Notes: generated by a model from the letters alone, not told the origin. Positions 1 through 11,964 are shown, numbered from the stretch's first letter. The stretch: DNA of 64,000 nt from Octopus bimaculoides (GCF_001194135.2 NC_068991.1:60677023-60741022); one strand, 5' to 3'. A program made the numbers and translations.

Positions 1-327
1 AATTTCAATTGATTTTAATTGATTTTAATCGATTTAAATTTCTTTTCTATTTGAAAATTGGTTATGAAACACGTGTAATCTTTTTATTATATTTATCTTA
101 TGATATTTACTTTACTTTATATTATACTCATTTATTGTGCTTTTAATTATTAATTTTTCTATATGTGATAGTGGATTTTCATCGATGAGTTCTTGAAAAT
201 TGGTTATTTTCCCTAAAACTATATATATTTTATATATACTTTATCTATAAGGCTCAATTTAATTTTGATTTTTTATAAATTGATTTTAATTGAGTTCTTT
301 ACCTGTAATTTTGGATTTTGTCCCTAA

Positions 328-369
<42 letters not shown>

Positions 370-1080
370 CATATATGTGTATATATGCATATATATATAT
401 GCACATATGTATCTATATATATATGCATATGTACTTCTGTCTTGAGACTCTCACCTTCAGTTTTCTACAATCCTCCTTGCTTTATACTGGTTTCTGAAGA
501 GATTACGTCTTTTCTCTAGTAGCATATTTATTTTAATATTGTAAACAAAAAAAATTATGAACATAGAAAAAATTATTTGATTTGATTTGGTTGAGCTGTT
601 TGAGAATGCATTGGGAACAGAGAGAGAGAGAGAGAGACACACACACACACACAGGACATCACTCTTGTAATGCAACACTGTAATTTTAGTTCAAATTGAA
701 AGTGTGAAACTATTTTCACTTTCTAATGAAACCAAATCGTTGTAGAGCAGTGTCTTTCAAATAACTATAGCTGGTTGTTCAGATAACATGGAATATATGT
801 AAATGAAAATATAGTTTACTTCTTAGCTGAAAGATTACCAAATCTTTTGATATCCCATATGTCAAAATTGGCAACTCAGTTTTCGAATGCATAAGAAACA
901 TACACGTACACACACAGAAGCTCTATTATATATATATATGTGTGTGTATGTATGTATGTATGCATGTGTGCACGTGCGTGTGTGTATGTATGTATGTGTG
1001 CACATGCATGTGTGTATGTATGTATGTTTGCAAGTATACAAATGTCTAAAATAAATTTTGTTCATTTTAATGTCTTCCAG

Positions 1081-1440
1081 ATTGACCCCTTTGGAACCTC
1101 AATATTGCATTCTTGGGGACAAGTGAGCAGCAGTTGTTGGGCCCCATTTTCAGACAATCCAGACGAGCGTTGGGTTCTTTACACAACAAGTAGTGCATTT
1201 GGCCTTTTGGACAATTTTGCATTAATACGAAATTTCAAGCCGCGTTATGGAGAAAATTTTTATATTGCTGATTACAATTTGGGCAAAACGTTTTCTTGGA
1301 CATGTGCCTGGAATCAAAATACAAAGCAGTTCAGTGTTGGAGCCGAGAAAACAGCCTATCTCCTGGATGTGGAAACCAAAAAGAAATGGGAATTAAACTC
1401 ACGTATGAGTGACGTCTTATCTCAAGTATTTGCTCAGCAG
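1081..1440 (+). CDS. DCAF4: DCAF4-like exon (360 nt, phase 0-0)
   Basis: Acceptor tgtcttccag|, donor cag|gtaatt. Encodes IDPFGTSILHSWGQVSSSCWAP...WTCAWNQNTKQFSVG...SDVLSQVFAQQ. Confidence 0.88.
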
Positions 1441-1571
1441 GTAATTTCTATGTACAGTTATATTAATGTTCTAACATATCTAAGATGTCTAAATTGACTG
1501 TTACTTCAGTGACAGATTTTTATTTATTCCAGTTTAAATTTCAGGTATTTTAGACAAGTTTTCCTTATTCT

Positions 1572-1782
1572 TTTACTTGTTTCGGTCATTTGACTGTGGC
1601 CATGCTGGATCACCACCTTTAGTCGAGCAGGACTTATTCTTTGTAAGCCTAGTACTTATTCTTTTGTCTTTAGGTCTCTTTTGTCGAACCACTAAGTTAC
1701 GGGGACGTAAACACACCAGCACTGGTTGTCAAGTGATATTGGAGGGAACAAACACAGACACACAAACATATATACACACATG

Positions 1783-1860
<78 letters not shown>

Positions 1861-2150
1861 CACACATCATCATCATCATCATCATCATCGTCCACTTTCC
1901 ATGCTGGCATGGATTGAATAGTTTGACTGGGGACTAGTGAGCCAGATGGCTGCACCAGGCTCCAATCTTATTTGGCAGTTTCTACAGCTGGATGCCCTTC
2001 CTAACACCAACCTCTCCGAGAGTGTAGTTATATATATATATATATGATGGGCTTCTTTCAGTTTCTATCTACCAAATCCACTTACAAAGCTTTGGTTGGC
2101 CCGAGGTTATAGTAGAAGACACTTGCCCAAGGTGCCATGCAGTGGGACAA
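1572..2150 (-). mobile_element. tRNA/CORE-type SINE (family 2) with internal (TA)n expansion and an inserted RTE 3' fragment (about 1864-2027)
   Basis: Reverse-complement match to the other family 2 copies (gtggcaccttgggcaagtgtcttctactata head; ccagcatggccgcagtcaaatgactgaaacaagtaaaag tail). Confidence 0.75.
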
Positions 2151-2534
2151 GGCCATCCTTGTCACATTCTGTGTCACGTTGAATCTCCTTGTAAACTACA
2201 GTAAGGGTACACATGTCTGTGGAGTACTCAGCCACCTGCATGTTAATTTCACAAGCAGGTTATTCTGTTCATCAGATCAACTGGAACTCTTGTCATTGAA
2301 ACTGACAAAGTGCCAGTTTGATTTTTTTTTTTTTTTTNNNNNNNNNNTTTTTTGTGGAGAGGGTTATTGTTTAGCTGGAAAATGTGTAGATTAATGGGCT
2401 TGGAATGATGATGGTGATCCATTAAATTTATGGTTGTGCATGACAAACTGTTTCTAGAGATTATTTAATTTACCTGTTGGTTATACTTTGAATTTAATGA
2501 TTGCATTTATCTTTTGTCTTTATTACTCATCTAG

Positions 2535-2702
2535 ACCGATTCAACCCTGGTTCATGGAACTCGTCAAGGTGACATTTTGGTTCATGACCTCAGAATTCAG
2601 TCTTCCAAGCATGCTGCTGTGATGGAGCAACATAATCCTGTATGTTCTCTGAACTCCTTACAGAACGGTTATCATGTGATAGCTGCTGATTTCAAAGGAC
2701 AA
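2535..2702 (+). CDS. DCAF4: DCAF4-like exon (168 nt, phase 0-0)
   Basis: Acceptor ctcatctag|, donor caa|gtaagt. Encodes TDSTLVHGTRQGDILVHDLR...VIAADFKGQ (WD40 repeat, DxR-type motif). Confidence 0.88.
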
Positions 2703-3421
2703 GTAAGTTTGCTTTCACACATAAGCGTTCCAATTTACACACCACTACTGTAGGTTTGTATTCATAAAACAATACTATATAATTAGATATTTTCATACAT
2801 CAATTAGAGGGAATAAAGGATAAAGAACCTTTCTAAGTCATATAGTCTCATACAGCCGGTTCCCTGTTTTCCGTGGCGCACATGTTTCCCCCTGGATGGG
2901 ACACCAGTCTGTCACAGAATTGCTCATTTTTTACCATTGCTCTGCAACAAGGAAAGCCAAAACAAAAAAAAAGAGCCTTCACATGGCTGCAGACCATGTA
3001 AAAAATACTGGTGATGGTGTCATTTAAAAAGTACCTAGTATGCACTGTGAAGTGCATACTAGGTACTTAGGAAGGGCATCCAGCCGTAGAAACCAAGCCG
3101 AAACAGACAATGGCACTTGGTATGGCCCCTGGCCTTGCCAGTTCCTATCAGGCCATCCAACCTATGCCACCAACATGGAAAACAGCTAATAAATGTTGAT
3201 GAGGATGATGTTGATATATAATGCCTGTTTTCTATGCTGGGCATTGGTTGGATGGTTTGAAAGTATCTGGTGAGTTATAGGGCTGCATTGAGTTCCAATG
3301 TCAGTTTTGGCATAGTTTTCTATGATTGGAAAACCACAATATGTAGCCTTTTAGTCTATAATACATGACCAACTGAGCTACTTCAACTAGCTGTAATTCG
3401 ACTCATAATTTATGGTAATGC

Positions 3422-3785
3422 AGGTGCGGGTGTGGCTGTGTAATGAAGTTTGCTTCCTAATTGCATGGTTTCAGGCTCAGTCCCACTGCATGTCACCTTG
3501 GGCAAGTGTCTTCTACTATAGCCCAAGGCCAACCAAAGCCTTTTGAGTGGATTTCAGAGACACAAACTGAAAGAAGCCTGTATGTGTGTGTATGAGTGTG
3601 ATTGTTGTAAATGAATTTCGTTCATTCCCAATATTCTTCAAAAACATATTTGGACATGGGGAAATATTGCCTTGCTTGGAAGCAGGTAAGGGTTGGCAAC
3701 AAGAAGGACATCTGGCCATAGAAAACTTGCCTCAATAAACTGTCTGACCCATACAAACTTGAAAAAGTGGATGTTAAAACAATGG
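3422..3785 (+). mobile_element. tRNA/CORE-type SINE with an RTE-like 3' tail
   Basis: Head gcaggtgcgggtgtggctgtgt...gtcaccttgggcaagtgtctt; tail ...aaaagtggatgttaaaacaatg resembles the RTE 3' end. Confidence 0.7.
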
Positions 3786-3974
3786 CGTTGAAGGTAATTA
3801 AGTGGAAGAAATTATAGAATGTCAAATTAATTGTACAACAGTATTCATTTGGGGTTTTGCAGAATTCAAATCTCATTGGAATATATTCTGTTTTCATCCC
3901 TCCAGATACATTAAAATAAATATCATGGTTTTCTCTCATTTGTAAATGTCTTTTTTTTTCTCTTTTTTCTCCAG

Positions 3975-4089
3975 ATAAAATTATGGGATTTCCGCAAGAA
4001 ACGTACCCTACACGAGTACACTGGCCATGTCAATAAACACTGTCATCTTCCTGTGCATATTGATCACTCAGAACGTTTCTTATATGCAG
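3975..4089 (+). CDS. DCAF4: DCAF4-like exon (115 nt, phase 0-1)
   Basis: Acceptor ttttttctccag|, donor g|gtaact. Encodes IKLWDFRKKRTLHEYTGHVNKHCHLPVHIDHSERFLYA (WDxR motif). Confidence 0.9.
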
Positions 4090-4828
4090 GTAACTATTTC
4101 TTTATATTTTTCTACTTTGTTTTTCCTTTTTTTTTCTGCTTTGTTACATTTTTGTCTGTTTTTTTTTTTATATCTACTCTTAGAGTTAGATAGATATTCA
4201 AATTTAAAGATTTGCATGTTTTTAGAGTAGTATACAAGATAGGTCAACCACTGGAGCTGTTGCTGTTTTTGTTGTTGCTTAGAGCTTTACTCCACCCCAG
4301 TCAGTCCTGATTGTGCATACCTATAATTTAAGAAGTTCAAATATTGATCATCACATCAATTTTTTTTAAGGTTTACTGTATCCAAGACTACATTAACACA
4401 TGCATGCCAGGGTGTGATTTGAGGTAAATTAGGCTGTTATTTCTAACAGATTTGGTGACCATGAATAGCTACTTTGTTGACACTACTGACATTTTTATCT
4501 GTGTGTATCTCTGTGTTGTGTTTATTCCCCACAGTTGTCTGACAACCAACGTTGGTTTGTTTATATCCCTGTGACCTAGCCATTTGACAAAAGAGACCGA
4601 AATAAAGTACCAAAGTCAATTTATTCGACGTAAAACCTTTGAAGGTGGTGCCCCAGCATGGCTGCAGTCAAATGACTGAAACAAGTAAAAGAAAGATATA
4701 TAACAATAATTCATTAGGAGCATAGTCATGAAAGACGTAAGAAAAAGATGTAAAAAAAATTATGACTTTTTAAAAAAAATTTTAAAATAAAAACTGTAAA
4801 TAATCTCACGATTTTATTTATATTTCAG

Positions 4829-5031
4829 TGGGCCAAGACTGTTACTCAAGGTTCTGGGATATGAAGACTGGTATCTTATTAAAAAGCATACCACCACCTC
4901 ATCCATGTTCTCTGGACTTTATTCCTGCCATCCATTATTCAGACCATTGGGCTGGTCTCCATGGTAATTCTGCTATGCTGATGGCAATAAAAGATGAATT
5001 TCACTTATATGCATGTGATATATCAGAGTGA
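4829..5031 (+). CDS. DCAF4: DCAF4-like terminal coding exon
   Basis: Acceptor tatttcag|. Encodes (V)GQDCYSRFWDMKTGILLKSIPPP...LMAIKDEFHLYACDISE then TGA. Confidence 0.9.
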
Positions 5032-5098
5032 TCTATATATTTTTTTATCAATTCATTTAAGACACGGAAAGAGAAAAGAAACCACGGATACTTATGGA

Positions 5099-5104
5099 AA
5101 TAAA
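5099..5104 (+). terminator. Candidate polyadenylation signal of DCAF4
   Basis: First AATAAA after the stop codon (about 70 nt downstream). The background is AT-rich, so this may be chance. Confidence 0.3.
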
Positions 5105-5208
5105 TATTGCATTTTGTTTGGTTGTTTTATTCATTTTCTAAAATTATATTTGTGTGTGTGTGTACAAACTGTCCAACCCATGCCAGCATGGAATGTTAAA
5201 TGATAATG

Positions 5209-5245
<37 letters not shown>

Positions 5246-5510
5246 CATACAGTCAACAGGTGAGATCCAGAGATGATTAATATAGAAAACATGTAGTGTT
5301 CAAATGATTTGAACTTATTCTCCAAAGTCTTTTTTGAGGACTAAGTTTGCTACAAGAGGAATACAGATGAGCTGATATGAAGATAGTGATGCAAATTAAC
5401 ATGCATGGGTTTGATATATAAAATATGCATACATACATATACACATGTGCATCAGCATGGCCGCAGCTCTGAGCTGAAACTAGAGGGGAAAAAATATAAA
5501 TATAGGGATA

Positions 5511-6005
5511 CCCCTGTACTGGCGACACATGGGGTGCACCATTTTGGGCGTGGCCGTTGCCAGTGCCGCCTGGCTGGCCTTTGCGGGATTTTCGATCAGG
5601 ATCGTTGCCGGTGCCCCTGGACTGGCTCTTGTGCGGGTGACACATGAAATGCACCATTTTGAGCGTGACCGTTGCCAGGGCCGCCTGGCTGGCCTTCGTG
5701 GGATTTTCGAGCGAGATCGTTGCCAGTGCCCCTGGACTGGCTTTTGTGCGGGTGGCACATAAATTGCACCATTTTGAGCATGGCCGTTGCCAGTACCGCC
5801 TGACTAGCCTTCGTGCGGGTGACACGTAAAAGCACCCACTACACTCTGAGTGGTTGGCGTTAGGAAGGGCATCCAGCTGTAGAAACTCTGCCAAATCAGA
5901 TTGGAGCCTGGTGTAGCCATCTGGTTTCACCAGTACTCAGTCAAATCGTCCAACCCATGCTAGCATGGAAAGCGGTTGTTAAACGAAGATGATGATGATG
6001 ATGAT
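5511..6005 (+). mobile_element. 5'-truncated RTE LINE 3' end with tandem subrepeats and (GAT)n tail
   Basis: Shared core gagtggttggcgttaggaagggcatccagctgtagaaactctgccaaatcagattggagcctgg...gcatggaaagcgg..gttaaacga(tga)n. The same core joins directly to RTE ORF2 C-terminal codons at 37073-37410. Confidence 0.8.
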
Positions 6006-6014
6006 ATGTATAGA

Positions 6015-6195
6015 GAGAAACAAGAATTAAAAATATTAAGAAAATGAACACTTGTGTGTAAGCATGTAGATATATATTTACAGAACAAATTTACAAAGAG
6101 TACAAAAAAATCTGGATAACTAAGAGTATTTTAGGTCCGACAGCTGTTTCTAAAGGCTCAGAATTATGTAAAAGTTGCAATGTTGGTAGATGGAG
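6015..6195 (-). mobile_element. Decayed Penelope-like terminal repeat
   Basis: Minus strand carries GAAACAGCTGTC (palindromic hammerhead helix III plus GUC) in a pLTR-like context. Confidence 0.4.
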
Positions 6196-6217
6196 TGTGC
6201 AAAAAGTTGATATGCAA

Positions 6218-6439
6218 CCAATAGTGGATGCATATGAACATTGCCATAAACCCAGCCAACGTTATCAAAGTGGAAAGATTGGCAACTAGCAGTTCAGATC
6301 ATAATGCGAGAGAATTTAAGAGTAGAATATTTTGCCCTTAAATTCTTTCACATTATAATCTGAACTGCTGGTTACTGATCTTCCTACCCAGATGATGGAG
6401 GCCGAGTTAACAGTAATGTTTATATGTGTCCACTAATGG
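6218..6439. repeat. 222-bp imperfect palindrome (foldback/MITE-like)
   Basis: Ungapped 111-bp arms centred at 6328/6329, about 74% identity; CAA on both flanks. Confidence 0.8.
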
Positions 6440-8518
6440 CAACCTGAAATTTGAATGATCTTCAAATATAACAAGTAAAAATGTGCTATCATGCATAAAG
6501 GTGGTAGACTTCAAACCAGATATTTTAATATCTGAATGTGTGAATAATGTCAGACAGCTGTAGTAAATGCAAAGATTCCCACAAAGAGAATCAGTCACGA
6601 TTGAATAGCCTCGGGATTAAAAGCTTTCCAGTCATGGACATCTCTTTTCATTGGCACAAAAATCTACATTATCTATGTATGGTGTGATATGAGAGAGATT
6701 CAGCTACTCTTTCTAGAATGTTATGTGATCACTTAGAAGCTACCTTGTGGCTAAGAGGAACTAGCCCTTTGCTCAACTTAGAGCTCATGGGTGTTGTGGT
6801 CAGTGGGGAACCTGGGGTGTCATAAAGCTCCTCGCTAACTACAACATTCTTTCTTCCTCAAAACAAACAACTCTTAGGAATTCCCTTCCTATACATCTTT
6901 CCTACAGCCACTTCAATTTCTCTGGTCTTGAAGGGCTTGCAAAGGCCGTCAACGCTGGCCAGCTGCTTGGTAGACCCAAAGGTACACAACACTGATGAGA
7001 TGCAGCATGTTGAAACACTGGGGTCCCCAAATCCTCTGCACCAATGTGTCAAGTGTGTTGAACATACTGTTGTCAAAAGAGTTTGTCTCCTTGATGTACA
7101 TTACAAAGATTAGCATATTTTGCTTTTCAACCTGTCTGAATGTATCAAGAATAAACATACAATCAATTATGATCTTGCTGTACACAGTTCAAACAATGAT
7201 TCTATAACCCCAAAGGAATTTTAATTTAAAACTTAATTCCTCTTTTGTTATTTGACATCAAATAGACAGGTCTTGTTAAAGAAACACCACTTACAAGAAT
7301 TTGCCAAATGTCAGTGGAAACAATATAGGTGGTATCAAGATGGGAGATTAATTGAGTCAAAAGTGCTTGAATGGAGTGACATGAAGTTTGCCAGTTTTAG
7401 ATGGCAAAGACCATTGTAGTAGAGGTAGAAAAGTCTGAGAAAGAGAAGATACAGCATATCTGTGAGAAGGATAATAGTGTTGGGGTAAGTGACTTCATGC
7501 TAATAGTTGGGTAACCTTTCTTTCGATGTTTGTGTGTAAAGCAGAAGCATCTTCGTAGATGTCAAAGCAGTACTCCATTATGAATCTCACCCTAACTTAC
7601 TTCGTCATCATCATTCAATGTCTACTTTTCTATGCTTGTAAGCATCAGACAGAATTTGTTAAGACAAATTTTCTGCAGCTGGATGTCCTTCCTGTCACCA
7701 ACCCTTACCTGTTTTCAAACATGGTATTATTTTTTTTCCATTGCTAGATATATTTTTCATGAAACAACATAGCTTGTATAGCAATGATGCTCACAGCCAT
7801 CACATGATGTCTAGCCATACATATACATATATACATACATATACATATATGTAATGGGCATCTTTCAGTTTCTTTGTACCAAGGCTTTGGTTGACTCATG
7901 ACTATAGCAAAAGATATCCAAAGCGCCTTGCAGAGAGAATTAACCTAAGGTCACATGCTTGGGAAGCAAGCTTCTTAACCATACAGCCATGTCTGTGTTA
8001 GCAACAGAAGCATTTTCTGTGATGCAGTTGAGGATACATGCTGAACATATGGGCCCCTCCGTGAGGGTTCAGTCTAACTCAAAAGAGCCTAAATAGATTC
8101 AGAAGCATTCAGTTAAATGTAATGACTTTTTATATCTAAAAGAGCCCATCAAATCAAAAGAGAGTTCAATAATTCAAAAAGAACTGTGGATTAAAAAAAT
8201 TAATGTTTGACTGCTGGAAATATATTTCAAAATTTTTAATGCCAAGTTTTAGGTTTTCCTGAGTTAAACGAGCCCCCATAGCTTGGTATCCTCCTAGTTT
8301 GGGGGCCTCTGGGCCATGGCACTTATTGGTCCATACATAAATCCAGCCCTGAACATTATTAGAGCCAGTAGATTTTTGTGGAATTTGAAGCAACTGGTGG
8401 GACCTTAGCTCTTGCATCTATGTGTGTATGGTGGTGAATGTGAAGATGGAATGATTTGAATGAATATTTTGTAGAGACATAAAGCTATTTTGTTAAGTAG
8501 AAACAAAGAGGTCAGCTT

Positions 8519-8742
8519 TTGTGAGCTGGCGGAGACGTTAGCACGCTGGACGAAATTCTCAGTGGTATTTTGTCTGTCTTTACGTTCTGAGTTCAAATTC
8601 TGCCAAGGTTGACTTTGCCTTTCATCCTTTTGGGGTCGATAAATTAAGTACCAGTTATGCACTGGGGTCGATATAATCGACTTAATCCCTTTGTCTGTCC
8701 CCTCTATGTTTAGCCCCTTGTGGGCAATAAAGAAATAAGAAA
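8519..8742 (+). mobile_element. tRNA-derived SINE (family 1), near full length
   Basis: gagctggcggagacgttagcacg A-box head, gagttcaaattc B-box, central tttgcctttcatcc..ggggtcgataaattaagtaccag, tail aataaagaaataaga; many copies in the window. Confidence 0.8.
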
Positions 8743-8767
8743 CAGAAAGGTCAGTTTTTGTGACCAT

Positions 8768-8916
8768 AGGTGCCAGTGTGGCTGGGTAATATGAAGTTTG
8801 CTTCTCCACCACATAGTTTCAGGTTCAGTCCCACAGTGTGACCCCTTGGGCAAGTTTCTTCTACTATAGCCCTGGGTTTACCAAAGCCTTGTGAGTGGAT
8901 CTGAGTGGAAGCCTGT

Positions 8917-8974
<58 letters not shown>

Positions 8975-9150
8975 GGGTGGGGGAGTATTATTGTTTCTTT
9001 GCATGATAGACAAACGAGTGTTACTGTCATGCAAGGGGTGTTTTGAAGTTGAGGATTGGTGACAGGAAGGGTACATGGTCATAGAAAGTCTGTCTCAACA
9101 TATTCCGTCTGACTCATACAAGCATATGGAAAGGTGAACGTTAAAAAAAT
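8768..9150 (+). mobile_element. tRNA/CORE-type SINE with internal (TA)n and RTE-like tail
   Basis: Homologous to 3422-3785. Confidence 0.7.
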
Positions 9151-9968
9151 GATAACGCTGAGCGTATACCATTGTTACTTATTTTATAAACATGGAGTAG
9201 AAAGTAGGTACTTGTGCTATATCGATCTTGAATTGATAGGCTATATTTTTTTGCCTCTTGCTCCAGAAGTAACCCTTCATCAGGATAAAACAAGGAAAAG
9301 AAAAAAAGTCACCAAACCAAAAGTTAATTTTCAGTAAATAACAGCGCGATTAAAAACGTAAATTTCTGTGACTAGCCACGATGTAGGTTCTGAGTGGTCG
9401 CACTACCTTCTAGAAATAGCAGCTAAATCTAGTTCATATCACACCATACGTGGCTAGTTATAGTCCATAGTGGCAGTAAAAAGATGGCTGGAAAGTCTTT
9501 GAACAATCATGGTTGATCTGCGTTAAAAAAACTACAACCAGACCTAGAAATAGCAGCTAAGTTTCCCTCACATCACATTGTACATGGTTAATATTTCTGT
9601 TTTGAGTTCAAATATCACCTTTTGAGGTCGATAAAATAAGTACCATTTGAGCACTGAGGTCGATATTATCGACTTAGCTCCCCATCGACCCCGAAATTGC
9701 TGGCCCTGTACTAAAATTTGAAAGCAACACTTTTTTGAGCTATTAAGATGGATGGGCATGGCTGGAAAGCCTTTGAATATGAAGTTACTCGATCTTGGCC
9801 GACCTGGGTTAAACAACAACGACAAGAGCAACAACATATAAAGTGAAATTTAATTTAAAACGTAATTCTTCTTCCTTTTTAGGTTGGTGTCAGATGAACA
9901 AATCTGGTTTATAGGCGACATCTCATCTGGAAGAACTTGTCAAAAGTCGAGATTTGTGTTCAGTGAAA

Positions 9969-9994
9969 TCTCGCGAGAAGAGAGTAGCCATGTT
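9969..9994. promoter_or_regulatory. Promoter-type motifs upstream of DCAF5: TCTCGCGAGA palindrome (9969-9978) and YY1-like GCCATGTT (9987-9994)
   Basis: Exact motif matches about 130-150 bp upstream of the DCAF5 ATG, in otherwise CpG-poor DNA. Confidence 0.45.
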
Positions 9995-10121
9995 GTGAAG
10001 TGGTTGAACCAAAACATGTCGTCTGTGTAATCAATGAAATGTCTCTCTGTTGTTTATTTGTCAGTGATGTTTTCTACTTCAGCTCAACTGCTCTTTAACG
10101 AAGCAGCTAATTAAAAGTGCC

Positions 10122-10530
10122 ATGTCAAACAATATGCGGAAATTTTGCAAGGCTGCACCTCAAAATAGCTCGATTTCGAGCCGTAGTCACGGTGATTTTA
10201 ATAAAACTCATCATCCAAGGACTGGAACCACCAGTGGACATCATAATAACAATCGCCTAACCTCAACGGCCACTGCCAATGCTCCTTCATTAACATCACA
10301 TTCATCTTCCACTTTATCGTCGAGTCCGAAAAGACAGCAAACAGAGTCACTTTTCTCACCTCTTCCATATTTAACTCACCGTTCCACCTATGGCCACTCT
10401 TTGCAGAGAAAGTTCATCAAAGATCGCCTATATTTTGCTAATAATCTGTACCATAAGGATCTCAAAGCTCACTATGGATGTGTTAATGCTATCGAATTCT
10501 CCAACAACGGCGGAGAATGGATTGTGTCCG
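10122..10530 (+). CDS. DCAF5: DCAF5 coding exon 1 (409 nt)
   Basis: ATG in context gtgccATGt. Ends [28 protein letters not shown], donor g|gtgagt. Confidence 0.95.
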
Positions 10531-10555
10531 GTGAGTTGACGAATTTTTAATATAC

Positions 10556-10609
<54 letters not shown>

Positions 10610-10618
10610 ATGTGTGTA

Positions 10619-10670
<52 letters not shown>

Positions 10671-11928
10671 TTTTGTACCCTTGTCCGAAGAGAGTGAAAT
10701 AGCTAGCTATTTGTCTTATTAGAAGGTTTGGCTAGCTATTTAGTCTGACAAACCGAACACACACACACACATGTATGTATAGACAAAAAGCTAGACAGAT
10801 AGCTTAGCAATCCTGCTAGCTAGCAAGCGACCTAGCTCGGTGAGTAGGAAGGTAGCTAGCTAGATACAGGGAGGTGCAGATAGATATACGAGATCCATAG
10901 ATAGATGTATTAATGGATAAATATGTAGACAGAAGGATAATTAGAGAGACAGTCGAAGACTTATATTGACGGATACATAGTTCAGATTAATGTGGAATTT
11001 CTTTTATTTCCAATATCGATAAAATTAATCTGTTTTCATCAATATACCAATCTATTGCGACTTGGTTATAAGAGTGTCACCTGAGTGTATTATCGGGTAT
11101 GATTGGAGTCTCATCTAATTTTTGTCCCTCTTTTGCTTCCTGAGAGTTCCATGTATATTATCTTTATTAATAGTAGCAGTATTATATATTTCATGAAACT
11201 AGTGTTGTTTTGTGTCTTCCTTGTTCTTGTAGCAGATGAAGTTCATCATTCAACATTATTATTATTATTATTATTAAGTTGCTGGCATTTTCCTTAAATC
11301 AGGAACTATTATTATTATTTGCCTTTCATTCTTTCGGGGTCGATGAAATAAATACTAGTTGAGCACTGGAGTCGATATAATCGACGATCCCCCTCGCCTT
11401 CAGGCCTTGTGTCTATAGCAGAAAATTTTGTTGTTATTGTGGGATATGAAGCACGTTTAAAGAACCGAACTAGAGATTTTACCGATATTTAATGGTGCCT
11501 TGATGTTGCCTTGATCCGCTCCCCCATCTTCCGAAGTCACTCGTTGAACTACCAGTAATATACTAGATATCAAGTCCATTTCGATGTCCAGCTCTCTTTT
11601 CATAAACGATTTAATGTCTAGGCCACCACCACTACCATCTCCATTATGGTATGAAATCTACGAAGACGATATTTTGTTAATTGCTGAACTAAATAAAAAT
11701 AAAGCCAAAAATTATTGGAAATTACTTCCAGTAATTTTTTTTCTTCTAGAATTTTCAAAAATATCCAATTTGCTTTCGCCAAATTTCAATTTTGTACTCG
11801 CCTATTTTCTAAACTCTGCTTCAATGCTACCGTTTTACATACTCCATTCTCCGAACCAGCTGATTTACTAAACGTCATTTATTTAAGAGGTCAGATCTTG
11901 GGCGATGCTGATGGTTTTGCTAACCTCG

Positions 11929-11964
<36 letters not shown>

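Larger units (their letters stand above)
1081..5031 (+). other. DCAF4: Partial gene model, DDB1- and CUL4-associated factor 4 (WDR21)-like: join(1081..1440,2535..2702,3975..4089,4829..5031); 5' exons not found in window
   Basis: Four GT-AG exons join in frame (846 nt, 281 aa plus stop). The translation follows the C-terminal half of human DCAF4 as I recall it (WSCAW..SDVLAQQF..IKLWDLR..GHVN..VGQDCYTRIW..IPSP). Confidence 0.88.

Noticed and set aside
660-900. Possible additional upstream DCAF4 exon
   Set aside because: No acceptor-donor pair gives a stop-free exon ending in phase 0, as the exon at 1081 requires.
6858-7207. Overlapping 60-80 aa ORFs in GC-richer DNA
   Set aside because: No recognisable domain or splice context; probably an old retroelement fragment I cannot assign.
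8519-8600. tRNA-like A and B boxes
   Set aside because: These are SINE heads with no complete cloverleaf, so no tRNA gene was called.
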